A stretch of 64,000 nt of DNA, taken from NCBI RefSeq assembly GCF_006345805.1, contig NC_043005.1:84630001-84694000 (forward strand). The letters are read 5' to 3'. Positions 39,801 through 52,769 of this stretch are shown one piece after another (within the stretch, counting starts at the first letter, position 1; every line of letters starts with the position of its first letter). This DNA comes from Octopus sinensis (taxonomy: Eukaryota). The notes under the pieces are model-generated. The model searched no databases, had not been told where the DNA came from, and worked only from the letters and a program-made list of their open reading frames with translations. The position numbers and the translations under genes were made by a program.

Positions 39801-40189
39801 GATTTTTAATAAATTCAAAATTACACAATGATTGTGATGATGATGTTGATGATGATGAAGGTGATAATGCTGTTGTTGTTGTTGGTGGTGTTGTTGGTGT
39901 TGGTGTAAGTATTTGCATCCAGACTGAAGAAAGTGAAATTTATACTGAACAATGCATATTCATTAGAAAAACCACAGTTTCTAAGGGTTTTAAAAGCAAA
40001 ACCCTTGAGATGACCCTGAATCTGTAAATGAATGTGTTATCAGTTTGCAAAGAGGTTTCAATTATATTTATTTTTGTCTAAAGGCAGCTTAGCCATTGTG
40101 ACACAAAAGCAGATTGTTGGATGTTGAGAGGGAGGGAGGGGAAACGAAATCAAAAGAACAAGGATCAAATGATTTCAGAGTGATTATTT

Positions 40190-40282
<93 letters not shown>

Positions 40283-40305
40283 GAGAAAGAGAGAGAGAGA
40301 GAGAG

Positions 40306-40353
<48 letters not shown>

Positions 40354-40390
40354 AGAGAGAGTGAGAGAGAGAGAAAGAGAGAGAGAGGAA
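40190..40390. repeat. (GA)n microsatellite
   Basis: Direct. Confidence 0.95.
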
Positions 40391-40960
40391 AGAATGAGGT
40401 TCTGTACAGGAAAACAAAAACAATGCACAAAGCATTATATTTTTAATAAATGAGAGCTGAAACAAATTAATAAGATGATGATGATGATGAGAGTGGGGTG
40501 TTTTTTTGTGGTGGCGGTGGTGGTGGGGATGTGAATACTTGCATTTTGGGGACCAATGTGTAAACAAAACCCTTGAGTTGTTGAGTAAATGTAAATGAAT
40601 GCTTTATCAGTTGGAAACAACTGGAATTATTTCAAAATGGATTTTGAGATCTTAAGAGGGAGGAAGTGAAAATCAAATCCAAATAACAACAGGAGTGTCT
40701 TTGTGATAAAAGGCCTGCTTCCCAACTACACAGTTCCAGGCTCAGTCCCACTGGGTGGCACCTTAAGCAAGTGTCATCTACTATAACCAAAGCTTTGTGA
40801 GTGGCTTTGGTAGACAGAAACAGAAAGAAGTCCATCCTGAATATATGAGTGTGTGTTTGTGTATATATGTGTGTGTGTGTTGATAAATATTTGAGTGCAA
40901 TTATGAAGGTGTTTAATCTGTTCTAGTGCATGTGTGCTTGTGTGTGTGTGTGTGTATGTA

Positions 40961-41005
<45 letters not shown>

Positions 41006-41007
<2 letters not shown>

Positions 41008-41342
41008 TAGCTGAAGGTGACCCGCTCTACGCGCGGGTAAGAGTGTGGTTGTTACTTTCTGTTGCTTCCTTTCAGCACGTAAAATGCCCCATCCGAACGT
41101 GGCCGATTGCAGCACCGCCTTGACTTGCTTCTGTGCCGGTGGCACGTAAAAAGCACCAACTGATCGTTGCCACTGCGAGCCCCCTGGCACCAGTGCCGAC
41201 GGCACGAAAAAAGCACCCACTACACTCACAGAGTGGTTGGCGCTAGGAAGGTCATCCACCCATAGAAACACTGCCAGACCAGACTGGAGCCTGGTGCAGT
41301 CTCCTGGCTTCCGAGACCCCGGTCGCACTGCCCAACCCGTGC
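41006..41342. mobile_element. Helitron 3' terminus (41006-41040, minus) abutting an RTE 3' tail (41045-41342, plus)
   Basis: Minus strand ACCCGC(gcgtaga)GCGGGT...CAGCTAG-T; RTE modules follow. Confidence 0.65.
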
Positions 41343-41646
41343 TATATATATATATATATTAAGATAACCTTAGTTCACACATTTCCTCAACTGCAACGTA
41401 GTCATTCATTCATCTATTAAAGTTTATCACACAGTCACTTATTTCTCTAATTTTGTCTTAAATTGGCTGACCGAAAACTCTCAGATTTTTCAATTCTGTT
41501 TTACTATTATCAACATTTGCTGTCTCGTTAAATTATGTTACACAAATCCCAAAAGAATATTTTTCTCCCTCATCTTCTGACCGCTACCCCTCTCTCTCTC
41601 TCTCAGCCTCACTCTGTCTCTCTCTTTCTCTCTCTCAGCCTCACTC

Positions 41647-41690
<44 letters not shown>

Positions 41691-41869
41691 TTTCAATTAC
41701 CATTCGCTTTGCCAAGATTTCCTCTACCACCACCACCACCACCACCTTATATAAGCTAGCGCACACACTTGGATTCCCCAACTCGAAATTTATTTTATTT
41801 TATTTATTTATTTATTTATTTTTAAAATTTTATTTATTTACTCTTTTTTTCCCTCCTCCGAAGGAATAT

Positions 41870-42367
41870 GTATCCAGAAGATGCTCTCATCTAAACTTGC
41901 TAGTTCACGGTATACCCGACCTTCCACCCCTCCACCTGTACCGGAAGTTCCTATCCTTTGTTATCCTTTGGTTGTCTCCCATGAACACTTCTAAGGTCTT
42001 TACGCCATCCCCACCCCTACTATGTAAGGTAGTGATCATATAGTGCAAAAATATGATAGTGTCGTGTATGCAGGTTGAACTGAAAGCTATTGTTTGTTTA
42101 TGAATTCTGCCAAAAGTGAGCTTTCTTTTCAGGTACTGAAAGCTGCTGTCTCCATCCCAGAGTTTCCAGGACACATACTTCCCACACCCTCAGGGTTGGC
42201 ACACTCAATGTCGGCACACTGAAAGGTAGGTCTGGTGAGATTGTTGAGATGCTTGAACAGAGATGAGTCGATATGTGCTGCATCCAAGAAGTAGGTGGAG
42301 AGGAAGTACCACTAGGTTCCTCACAGGCAAAGAACACAGGTACAAGATTTTCTGGGCAGGCAACACT
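41870..42367 (+). mobile_element. RTE 5' UTR plus APE N-terminus, 3'-truncated
   Basis: TLRVGTLNVGTLKGRSGEIVEML; UTR homologous to the reverse complement of 35300-35590. Confidence 0.85.
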
Positions 42368-42369
42368 GT

Positions 42370-42594
42370 ATTTCTTATCATCGCTTGACAACTGATGTTG
42401 GTGTGTTTACGTCCCCATAACTTAGCAGTTCAGCAAAAGATACCGATACAATAAGTCCTGGAGTTGATTTGTTCGACTAAAGGGTGTGCTCCAGCATGGC
42501 TGCAGTTAAATGACTGAAAGAAATAAAAGAATATATATATGAATACATATATGCCCATAGATGCACACATGCACACACATATGCATATATATAT

Positions 42595-42650
<56 letters not shown>

Positions 42651-42889
42651 GCAGGTGGCACGTAAAAAACACTATTTGAGCGTGGCTGTCACCAGTACTG
42701 CCTGACTGGCCCTCATGCCACTGGCACGTAAAAGCACCCACTACACTCTTGGAGTAGTTGGCCTTAGGAAGAGCATCCAGCTGTAGAAACTCTGCCAAAT
42801 CAGATTGGAGCCTGGTGCAGCCATCTGGTTTGCCAGTCCTCAGTCAAATCGCCCAACCCATACTAGCATGGAAAGCGGACATTAAACGA

Positions 42890-42890
<1 letters not shown>
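42370..42890 (+). mobile_element. SINE A 3' half (42370-42530) and RTE tail (42650-42890)
   Basis: Shared motifs. Confidence 0.75.
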
Positions 42891-42974
<84 letters not shown>

Positions 42975-43439
42975 GGAGCCTGTATGGAGATAAAGTATCC
43001 AAAAATAATTTTTTAAAATGATAATTACTGCATAAAATATCTGTAGGAATGGTCATAAAACATTCTTGGAGTAGAAGGTTGACTTGGCAAATCTAATTAT
43101 ATTGGAAACACAATATTTCACCCAAATTTTTGGAATATTGGAAGAATATGGCGAACACATGTTTACTAATCCATTTGGTTGGTGGTAACAACAGCCACTA
43201 ATAAAATACAAATGAAGAATGTGGCCATGAGGATCCAAAAGCAACCGTATTATACTATCATATGTTGTACTTATAAACTCTGGTATATAATTCCCAAAAA
43301 GTGAAGATACAGATAACAGGTGAAAAACATAAAAAGTAGTTCAATTCTAAACATCGTTAGAATAGCTTCCATTGGGTAAGGATCATATATTATTGGATAG
43401 TGTGTTCCGAAATTAATGTCATTGAAATATCTTTTAAAT

Positions 43440-43805
43440 TCTCTCTCTATATAAAGCTGAAGTTGTCTGTGTATGGCAGGTTTGGTAGCCTTCAACTAAC
43501 ACTATCTCCTCCGAGATGTTGCGGAGCAAGTTGACCAAAATTGAGAGTATGATAGAAGAAGGCTTGTTCTTCCTTCCGTAAAAGAAAAAATTCAAATCGG
43601 ACCATGTTAACACCAAAAATTATTTACATCAAAAAGGTGCTTTTTTCTATGAAAATCCCTATTTTTTACGATTTTTTGACTGCTGTGTCGCCATTTTTCG
43701 GTGTATTTCAACCAGAAAAATGTTCACTTAAAGAGAATAACAAGCTACATAATGCAAAATATTTACTTTTCAAAAATTCCAATTCTAAAGGGTCGAAACA
43801 AACCT
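43440..43805 (+). mobile_element. Non-autonomous Helitron-like element, 3'-truncated
   Basis: 5' TCTCTATATAAAGCTGAAGTTGTCTGTG; ends ...GAAACAAACC, like the subterminal region of 25937-26330. Confidence 0.5.
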
Positions 43806-44029
43806 GAATGGGATTTTGTTATTCTTGAAAATCTTGGTTTTATTAATGAAGTGGAAACTGCTCTAAATTATGAGATGTGTCATTTCTTTAACTAAAATAA
43901 TTAAATTGAATTAAATTTGTGATTTAATGATTAAATTATTTAATTGTTCAATTTATTGTTTTGGTTTCCTTTTTCTCATATATATCATCATCATCATATA
44001 TATCTTTTGCTCCGTTCGTTGTTCACAAA

Positions 44030-44581
44030 AAAATCTGCGTTCGTAATACTTTTTTTCGTTCGGCGTTAACAGCCCTTCTTATCTTGTTTTTCCTTGTCCT
44101 GTCTTTATTGTTTATAATTTGTACTATCGTTACTGTCCTGTTTTTGTTACCATTTTTTACCCCTCTGCGAAAAGATCTCAAAATTTTAATTGATTTGCTT
44201 TTCGCAGGAAGGAAAGTTTCTTGTCGAAGATAGTCTCGCTTTCACCTTCGAAACGTAGAGTAGATGAAACCATAGCGACTGAAGAAGGGTTTTTTTCTTT
44301 GTGTTAATTGTCCTGTAGTCTATTTTTTTGTTGTTTAAAAAAATGTCCAGTTCCTTGGGTTTGTGTCTATGTTTTCGTTTCTCATTGTGTTCGACGTCTT
44401 TTTGGTGTCCTGTACTCATATATGCGTGTATATGTACATGTAGAGGTAGGTACGTACATATATGTTATATATATATGCATATATTTTATTTATTAATATA
44501 TATATATGTGTGTGTGTGCGTGTATATATATATATGTATGTATATATATATGTATATATATATATGTATATATATATATAT

Positions 44582-44613
<32 letters not shown>

Positions 44614-44880
44614 CATATATATATATACATATGTATATATATATATATATATATATATGTACATATATGTATATGTTGATTCGCTAGCTTCTGCACGCAT
44701 TTTTTTTTCTCTCCTTGTTTCTTTCTGTGTTTCTTTTCTGTGTATCTTTCTGTTGAAGAGCGTAGGCTCAAAACGTAAAAGACTTGTTTTATTTATATTC
44801 CTGAGCGCCATACTAATACAATTGTTTGTTTATATTCCACTTGCCTTCGTCTTTTGTTTATTTTCATAAAGCTTCCCGTT
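44030..44880 (+). mobile_element. Penelope-like pLTR fragments with degenerate hammerheads (~44218-44260 and 44745-44783)
   Basis: TCTTT-CTGTTGAA-GAGC(gtag)GCTC-AAAAC-GTA-AAAGA; homologous to 9212-9365 and 27877-28050. Confidence 0.6.
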
Positions 44881-44898
44881 ATATATATATATATATAT

Positions 44899-45448
44899 AT
44901 CAACAATCAAGGAACGGCCATAATAGGCCATTCACCCACTAGAAATAACAGCCAAAGCTTCAACCGCAAATAAAAATTAATTCCGTAAACCAGGAGAAAA
45001 TTTAAAAAACATTTACCCTGTAATTTCTTATACGATGCACCGTTTCATCTGCTGTTTAATGGTAAACTAACCTGATTAAATTAAATCAAGCCAATCTTCC
45101 ATATTTATTTGCTGCCGATAAATTTGGCGCGAGTGCGATGATTTGAAAATTTTAGGTCAGATATTACCTTGGCAGGGTCGGAAATGCCTCGTGAAAATAT
45201 CTGTTCCGACTTGGGCTATTTCTTACTGAAGAATCTGAGGGCCTATGGAAGATTGGCTTGATTTAATTTAATCAGGTTAGTTTACCATTAAACAGCAGAT
45301 GAAACGGTGCATCGTATAAGGAATTACAGGGTAAATGTTTTTTAAATTTTCTCCTGGTTTACGGAATTAATTTTTATTTGCGGTTGAAGCTTTGGCTGTT
45401 ATTTCTAGTGGGTGAATGGCCTATTATGGCCGTTCCTTGATTGTTGAT
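44899..45448. repeat. ~205-bp near-perfect inverted repeat with a 140-nt spacer (pLTR plus inverted truncated pLTR)
   Basis: Arms 44899-45103 and 45244-45448. Confidence 0.95.
45218..45324 (+). ncRNA. Type I hammerhead ribozyme, canonical core, large stem-II insert
   Basis: ATTTCTTA-CTGAAGA(45226-32)-ATCTG...CAGAT-GAAAC(45301-05)-GGTGCATC-GTA-TAAGGAAT; stem I 8 bp, stem II 5 bp. Confidence 0.85.
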
Positions 45449-45546
45449 GTTGAACTTAAAAATGGTCTTTGACTATTTAATTTTTTCCCACTAGGCCGCT
45501 GGTGGCAGAAAAGTTCTACAAAATTTTTTTTGCCACCCTATATTGA

Positions 45547-45594
<48 letters not shown>

Positions 45595-46471
45595 CTGTGT
45601 GTTGTCTGCATATCTATGAAGTTCTTTGTGTTCTTCTCTGAAGTCTTGACATTCAGTGTTGATTCATTTACATTCCTGTAACTTACCGATTCAGTAAAAA
45701 GAAACAACATAAAATCAGATCAAATAAGTCCTCATCTTTTAAAAACTAAAATACAGCGCCCTATTTGAGTGAAAAAAAAAACCTTTGAAGGGGTACTCCA
45801 GCATGGATGTACTTCAATAAAGAATAAAAAGAATTTTAAAAAATCCCTTGTGTAATTTATTGTGTATTTTGCCTGACAAATTATTTTCAAAACTTAATTA
45901 TCAGTTAAAGATTTATCCCATGGTTGAAAAGTGATCAAACCCAACTAATTAATATGCATTAACGAGATATTTTAAGTTCTGTACGGAGAACACTCATCAA
46001 ACTCAATATGCTGATTATTTGTGCCAAACACTATCTTTTGGAGCAACAACAGTTAGTTTGATATCTAATTAAATATTGGAGATGATTAATTATTTATTGA
46101 AATCTCAAGTATGCAAATTAGACAGAAAGATATTTTTGAAATGTTTAACTTGGTTACATTCGTCAACGAGCCTTTTTTAACTTTTACCAGTCATTAAATT
46201 GTGGCCATGCTGGGGCACCACCTGTCAGAATTTTAGTTGAATAAATTGACCCCATATGGTGTGGCTTACAATCTGTTGCTTACCCATGCTTTTTAATTGA
46301 ATTAAATTAAGTGTTTGACTAAAAGAGGATTAGAAGAACAGTGAAATTAAGAAATCAACTTGTAAATAAATGAAACCCTCAAATCCATCACACACACAAA
46401 CATGCATGCACACACACACATGCACACACACACATGCACACACAGAGAGTCATATATGTATGTATGCATGT

Positions 46472-47021
46472 CAGGTCACTTTTGAGTGCTACTGGTAACA
46501 TGTAACCCAGTATAACCTGTTGCATGGTCGGTCGTCAGCGACTAAACCGGCAACCCCACCAAGCTTGCTTGGTGAACAGGGTGTTTATTGGACACCCTGT
46601 GAGATGAAAAACAAAACCCATCAAAGAGTGGAGGAACTCTTGAGAGTCAACGGCCATCCAATAAATGTCTTAGGGCTGTATCATGCGCGGGGACATAGAA
46701 ATAATTGGACTGGAAACCTGATCGCGCGGTTAAACCATTGGGAGTGAAGGACTCCTAGCCTTTGTTAGGGCATCCTTCTAGGAGAAGGTAACTCAGGTAA
46801 CTGAGATAACTCCGACATAAAACCTGCGGCTCAGTGGTTACCGATGATGTTGACTTGTTCTTCTTTTCGGATTATGGCTGCTGTTGCTTAGTGAGTGGGA
46901 TTGACTCAGTGCACAGCCTTTCCTCACTTTAAAAAAAATCTTCTTTCACAGCCATTGCACGATAACAACATTGATTAAGCTTCGTGCAATGGCCATACTC
47001 GATAACGAGGGGGCAGCCACC
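46472..47021 (+). mobile_element. Highly structured RTE-type 5'-UTR-like element flanked by ATGCATGT
   Basis: Multiple hairpins; CTAGGAGAAGGTAACTC...AAACC resembles RTE leaders; a partial copy lies at 21720-21800. Confidence 0.45.
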
Positions 47022-47419
47022 ATGCATGTATGTATGTACCCACGTGTTTATGTACATAGGTACACCATGATCTATACACATGCAGACGAGGGTTGATTCA
47101 TATGAGAAAGAAAGTGAACAAGATAATATGACTACTTCCTGATAGGGAAATTTGTAAGTTCGATTTCTAAAAAAAAATCAAAAAATTTTTTAAATGATAA
47201 TCAAACCAAATGTTCATAATTTTGAGCCACTCACCTAATGAGTATTTCTGCCAAATTTAGTGAAAATGCGATCAGCAAACACACAAACAAACAAACAAAG
47301 TCAAGTAATTACAATATCCTGCTTTCGCTTACGCATGCAGAGTAATTAAATTAAAAAATGAATTATTAAGCAAAATGTGTTGGATGGTTCAATAAATGTC
47401 TGTGTGAATGAAGTTATTT

Positions 47420-48180
47420 CTCGACTGTGGAGAAGATATGTGTCTTAGCAGTTAGGGTATTTGGCTCACAATCAAAAGGTCATGAGTTCGATTCCTGGTG
47501 GTGCATCGTGTCCTTGAGCAAGACACTTTATTTCACATTGCTCAAGACCATTCAGCTGGCAAAGATGAGTTGTACCTGCAAATTCAATCTTCTTGAGAAC
47601 TACATTAAGGATACATGTGTCTGTGAAGTACTCAGTCACTTGCATGTTAATTTCATGAGCAGGCTGCTCCATTGATCTGTCCAAATGGAACCCTTGTCGG
47701 GATCTTTTCGGTTTGAATGGCAGTTTTTTAATATAATTTCCATGTAACTAAACACTTTTAAGCTTCGTATACTGGTAGAATGTGTTTATAAAACATCTTT
47801 TTCTCTTGGCTTTATTGAGAAAATTCTATAGTTTGTAAGATATTTGTTGGTTTTTTTCTTCAATTTCTGCAATTTCAACCAATCAATGACGTCTATTGGA
47901 GTGAAAACATTCTGTGCCGTATGAATATATCCCTTGTTTAAGAAACACATTGGGTTTATTTACATTTCTGAAGAAAAAAAGATACCCTTCCTCCCAGCCC
48001 TAACCTTAACCCTAACTAATCCTAATTAACCCTAGCTAACCCTAACCCTAAAACAGATTGAAATGCAATAGATCGATACTAGGGTCATAATTATGGGTGA
48101 CAATTTCATATAACACCGCTAAAAAAACTGCCGTTCAAACCGCAAAGATCCCCTTGTCGTTGTAAATGACAGAGTGCCAG
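47420..48180 (+). mobile_element. SINE family C interrupted by a MITE
   Basis: SINE 47420-47698 resumes at 48153. Confidence 0.75.
47699..48152. mobile_element. MITE with ~30-bp TIRs, 6-bp TSD CTTGTC and internal telomere-like repeats
   Basis: GGGATCTTTTCGGTTTGAATGGCAGTTTTT and AAAAACTGCCGTTCAAACCGCAAAGATCCC; degenerate (CCCTAA)n at 47997-48050. Confidence 0.85.
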
Positions 48181-48269
48181 TGTTGAGTATATCTTGACAA
48201 ATGGTAAAAATACCTTGAACAATTTGTCACCCATGTAAAAGGCATACATGTTTATTGAGTATGGTATTA

Positions 48270-48500
48270 AGGCGGCGAGCTGGCAGAAACGTTAGCCCAC
48301 TGGGCGAAATGCATTGTGGTATTTCGTCTGCCGCTATGTTCTGAGTTCAAATTCCACCGAGGTCGACTTTGCCTTTCATCCTTTCAGGGTCGATTAAATA
48401 AGTACCAGTTACACACTGGGGTCGATATAATCGACTCAATCCGTTTGTCTGTCCTTGTTTGTCCCCTCTGTGTTTAGCCCCTTGTGGGTAGTAAAGAAAT
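48270..48500 (+). mobile_element. tRNA-derived SINE (family D)
   Basis: GGCGGCGAGCTGGCAGAA...GAGTTCAAATTCC...GCCTTTCATCCTTTCAGGGTCGATTAAATAAGTACCAG; further copies at 48600-48733+49077-49170, 50780-51025 (minus) and 51095-51330. Confidence 0.85.
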
Positions 48501-48733
48501 AGGTATTAAAATACCGAAATTTTATTGCTCCAAATCGTGGAAACATTTCTATGTAAGTACTGCTTCCAAAGTTGGGTACATTATTAATGGATTCATAAAG
48601 GCAAACTGGAAAAATCATTAGCCCACTGGGCAAAATGCTTAGTGGTGTTTCATCTATCTTTTCGTTCTGGGTTAAAATTTTACTGAGGTCAATTTTGACT
48701 TTCATCCTTTCAGGGTCGATAAAATAAGTACCA

Positions 48734-49076
48734 TAAAGTGAAAGTACGTTGTCAACTTAATGCGACAGTCCCATGAAAGGGAAGAATGCTACTGTTATTT
48801 AGCCCTAGGAAACACCGTTTCCTGTTGGACTTGACACATTTCCTGTGCCCTTATGTTTTCAAAGTGTCCTATGTTTTCACAGGAAATGTGTCGAGTCCAA
48901 CAGGAAACGGTGTTTCCTAGGGCTAAATAACAGTAGCATTCTTCCCTTTTATGGGACTGTCACATTAAGCTTTCACTTTATCATGCTGCTATGACATAAA
49001 TCTCTTTAAGAGATTTAGAAATATATTATTTCTATTTTCAAATATAGTATTTTCAAATATATTATTTCTATTTTCT
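48734..49076. mobile_element. Fold-back insertion with a 12-bp TSD inside a SINE
   Basis: TSD AAATAAGTACCA at 48722-48733 and 49077-49088; arms 48756-48847 and 48878-48969; single-orientation copy at 60540-60692. Confidence 0.8.
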
Positions 49077-51372
49077 AAATAAGTACCAGTTGAGCCTTGG
49101 GGTCGATATAACTGACCTAACCTTTCCCCTGAAGTAACTGGCTTTATGCCACAATTTGAAGCCAATATTAAAGAATGCATAAGATATGAACATAAATAAA
49201 CACTTTCACATATGCATACGAGCATACATACATATTGTAATGTATGTGTGTGAGTGAGCGTGTATATGTGTAGGGTAGTAAGTGAACAAACATGGCTGGA
49301 GCTATATGCATTTAGTAACAGTTTAACTCAACTCAACATTACTTAAAGTTTCCTGGGTGAAGGAAATATCATTGGTTCAAATATCAGAAATAGCAGAAAT
49401 AAGTAAGGATACACAAATAGCAAAACACATATATAACTCAAATAATAATAATAATAATGATGATGATGGACAGCCTTTATGCTAGATATAGACGTCAAAA
49501 TTGCCATATTCCACGAAGAATGTGTTCTCATGAAAAAAAATGCTATATCTAGCATATAGGCTGTCCATTTTTATAGAGGTCAGTCCTCTAAATTTTGTAT
49601 GTAAAAAATTTTTTAATCTTCAGATTTTTTAAAAATATGCTAGACCACTGGTTTTAATTGATTAATATCAATTTCTACCCTTATTTAATTTATATATATA
49701 TATATACATACATGTACATATGAATGTGGGTGTGTATATTTGTGTGTCCATTTCTTGACATCATGTGATAGTTGTAAATGAATGTCACTGTCATACAAGT
49801 GGTGTCATTCATTTCCGATTGTGTGCAAAAACATGTCTGGCCATGGGGAAAATTTACCTTGCTTGGAAACAGGTGAGAGCTAGTGACAGGAGAGGCATCC
49901 AGCCATAGAAAATCTGTCTCAATAAACCCTGTTTGACCCTTGCAAACATGGAAGAGTGAGCATTTAAAGGATGATGATAAAATTTTTTTTAAAAATGGAA
50001 ATTACATGAAAAAAAAATCATATTATAACTCACCAAAAACTTGATAGCGCAGACAAATGAAGTAAAAACTAAAACAAAAAAATATATGAAAAATTTTGCA
50101 GAAATCTAAAAAGAGAAGAGTGGCCAAGATTAGTATTATTAATAATTAGAAATTTTATTTTGATGATAATTAAATATGCAAGAATATAAAAAACATATAT
50201 AGTTTTATTTTTAAAATCAATAATTGCAGAATGCAGTCAGCAAATGGGAGATGAGAACTCTGAAGAAAATTGATAGGATGAAGAATGAGTTATCTGTAAT
50301 CTCAGAAGTTTAAGAAAATCAGAATTTATTTGCAGCTAATAAGACAGAATATATTTGAAAATTGTGGAGCAATTCAAAAAAAATATGGTGATTGAACCTG
50401 AAACCACATGGTCTGGAAGCAAGGGTCAAACGGGGTTTATTGAGACAGATTTTCTATGGCTGGATGCCTCTCCTGTCACTAACTCTCACCTGTTTCCAAG
50501 CAAGGTAAAGGGAGAGGATTAAAATGGTAAATTGCAGTGAGGATTCAATAAAGATGAAGAGATGGAGAGAATAAAAATATCAGAATCAAATACACATACA
50601 CAAAAAAATAACATAGATAAAAAAAACAAAATAAAGTATTGAAGCAGAATGGAAGTTATTTGTCAGATAATTAATCCAAAGAGATGCGGGTATGGCTGTA
50701 TGGTTTAGAAGTTTGCTTCCAGACCATGTGGTTTCAGGTTCAATCACAACTGGGGCAAGTGTCTTCTACTATAATCCCAGATGGTTAACCTATTTCTTTA
50801 CTGCCCACAAGGGGCTACACACAGAGGGGACAAAAAAGGACAGAGAAATGGATCAAATCGATTGCATTGACCCCAGTGGGTAACTGGTACTTAATTTATC
50901 AATCCCAAAAGGTTGAAAGGCAAAGTCGACCTCGGCGGAATTTGAACTCAGAACGTAATGGCAGACAAAATATGGCTACGCATTTCGCCCAGCGTGCTAA
51001 CGTTTCTGCCAGCTCACCGCCTTGGTTTACCATCTCAGATTCTACCATCTCACTACCTTGATAATAATAATAATATTATTATCATTATTATCAAGGTAGA
51101 GAGAAGGTAGAATCCTTAGCATGCCGGGCAAATGGCTTATCGTCATTTCATCCATTCTTATGTTCTGAGTTCAAATTCTGCTGAGGTCAACATTGCCTTT
51201 CATCTTTCTGGGGTTGATAAATTAAGTAACACTGAAAAACTGGAGTCAGTATAATCAACTAGTCCCCTCCCCCAAAATTATAGGTGTTGTGCCTTTAGTA
51301 GAAAAGACTGTTATTATTACTACTAAGGCGGTACGCCAGGCAAAATGCTTAGAGACATTTTGTTCCCCTTTA

Positions 51373-51405
<33 letters not shown>

Positions 51406-51481
51406 CCACCACCATTACCACCATTCTCACCCTTCACCACTATCAACATTGTCATCATCATCATCATCATCATCATTATCA

Positions 51482-51515
<34 letters not shown>

Positions 51516-52769
51516 CATCTAACACCTGTTTTTTATGCTGGCATAGGTTGGACAGTTTGACCCAACAGGTTGCTGCAGAGCTGTGTTAAGCTCTGATGTC
51601 AGCATTGGCATGGATTCTATGGCTGGATGCCTTTCCAAATGCCAACCACTTCACAGTGTGCATTGTGTGCATTTTTTCATACCACTGGGCCTAATTTTGT
51701 GGGAAAATCTTGTGGGATGATTAGTAGTGCCTTGATTTTTAGGGCCCATGTGGCTGGCTACTTGGTTTCCATGACATATTCATGTTTGAGGTCACAACAC
51801 TTCCCCTGAGCATGGTGCTGGTCTGTCGTTGAAGAATTTCTTTTACAGCTGAGAGAACTGGAACAATATGAATTGAAGTCTGTTTAGACACAAACAATAT
51901 GAAAGATCAGTATATGGATTCCTTGTGTGCTAAAAATAGGTGTCAAACCATACAGAATTAAGTGCTACGTTTATATATTTTAATTTGTCTAGTTTGTAAA
52001 CATCTTGCATGTTACTAAATTGAGAACAGAGATTTAGTGGTAAGATTGTTTGACATCTATTTTTAGCATACAAGGGATCCACATAGTGGTCTCTCATATT
52101 GTTTATATTCAAATAGAATTCGTGGTCCCTAGACGTTTTTAAGCATGATGACCACTGGTTGAAATTGATATTATTTAATTATATTATTTAATAATATTAA
52201 TTGCTGTTCTTATTAATGAATTGAAGTGTTTCCTTCAAAAACACAATGCACAGCCCAGTCCTGGGATTGAAACCCCGATCAGGAGATTGTGAGTGCAACA
52301 CACTAACCACAAATCCAAACACCTTCACAGGATAATGAATTTAGAGATAAAATAAATGAAGAGAAAAATAAAATAAAAAGAAGGGTGAGGTTTAATTGAA
52401 CTGTGAGAAGCATAGGTGTGTGGGAAGTGGTTATAATATAGGATGGCTAAATTTAAAAGCCTTGGGCTTAAAGCAATGAATAATAATGAAAACCTTCACA
52501 CTCACGTTGCATAAATAACTAACTCTGAGATGTCTGATAAGGTTATTGCAAAACTCCATAATCCTAGCTCCAATCCTGTAATCTCTGATGAAAATAATGA
52601 ATTCATCATCATCATTATCCCCACAATCACCACCACCACCACCACCACCACCACCATTCTCACCCTCCACCACTATCATCATCGTCATCATTGTCATCAT
52701 CATCATCATCGCCATCATCGTCATCATTGTCATCATTGTCATCATCTTCACCATCACCATCATCATCAG

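Noticed and set aside
43053-43495. Hydrophobic minus-strand ORFs resembling TM segments
   Set aside because: Multiple stops, AT-rich composition, partial overlap with a Helitron end, no recognisable family
47997-48050. Telomeric repeat suggesting a chromosome end or fusion
   Set aside because: Short, degenerate and internal to a TIR-bounded MITE
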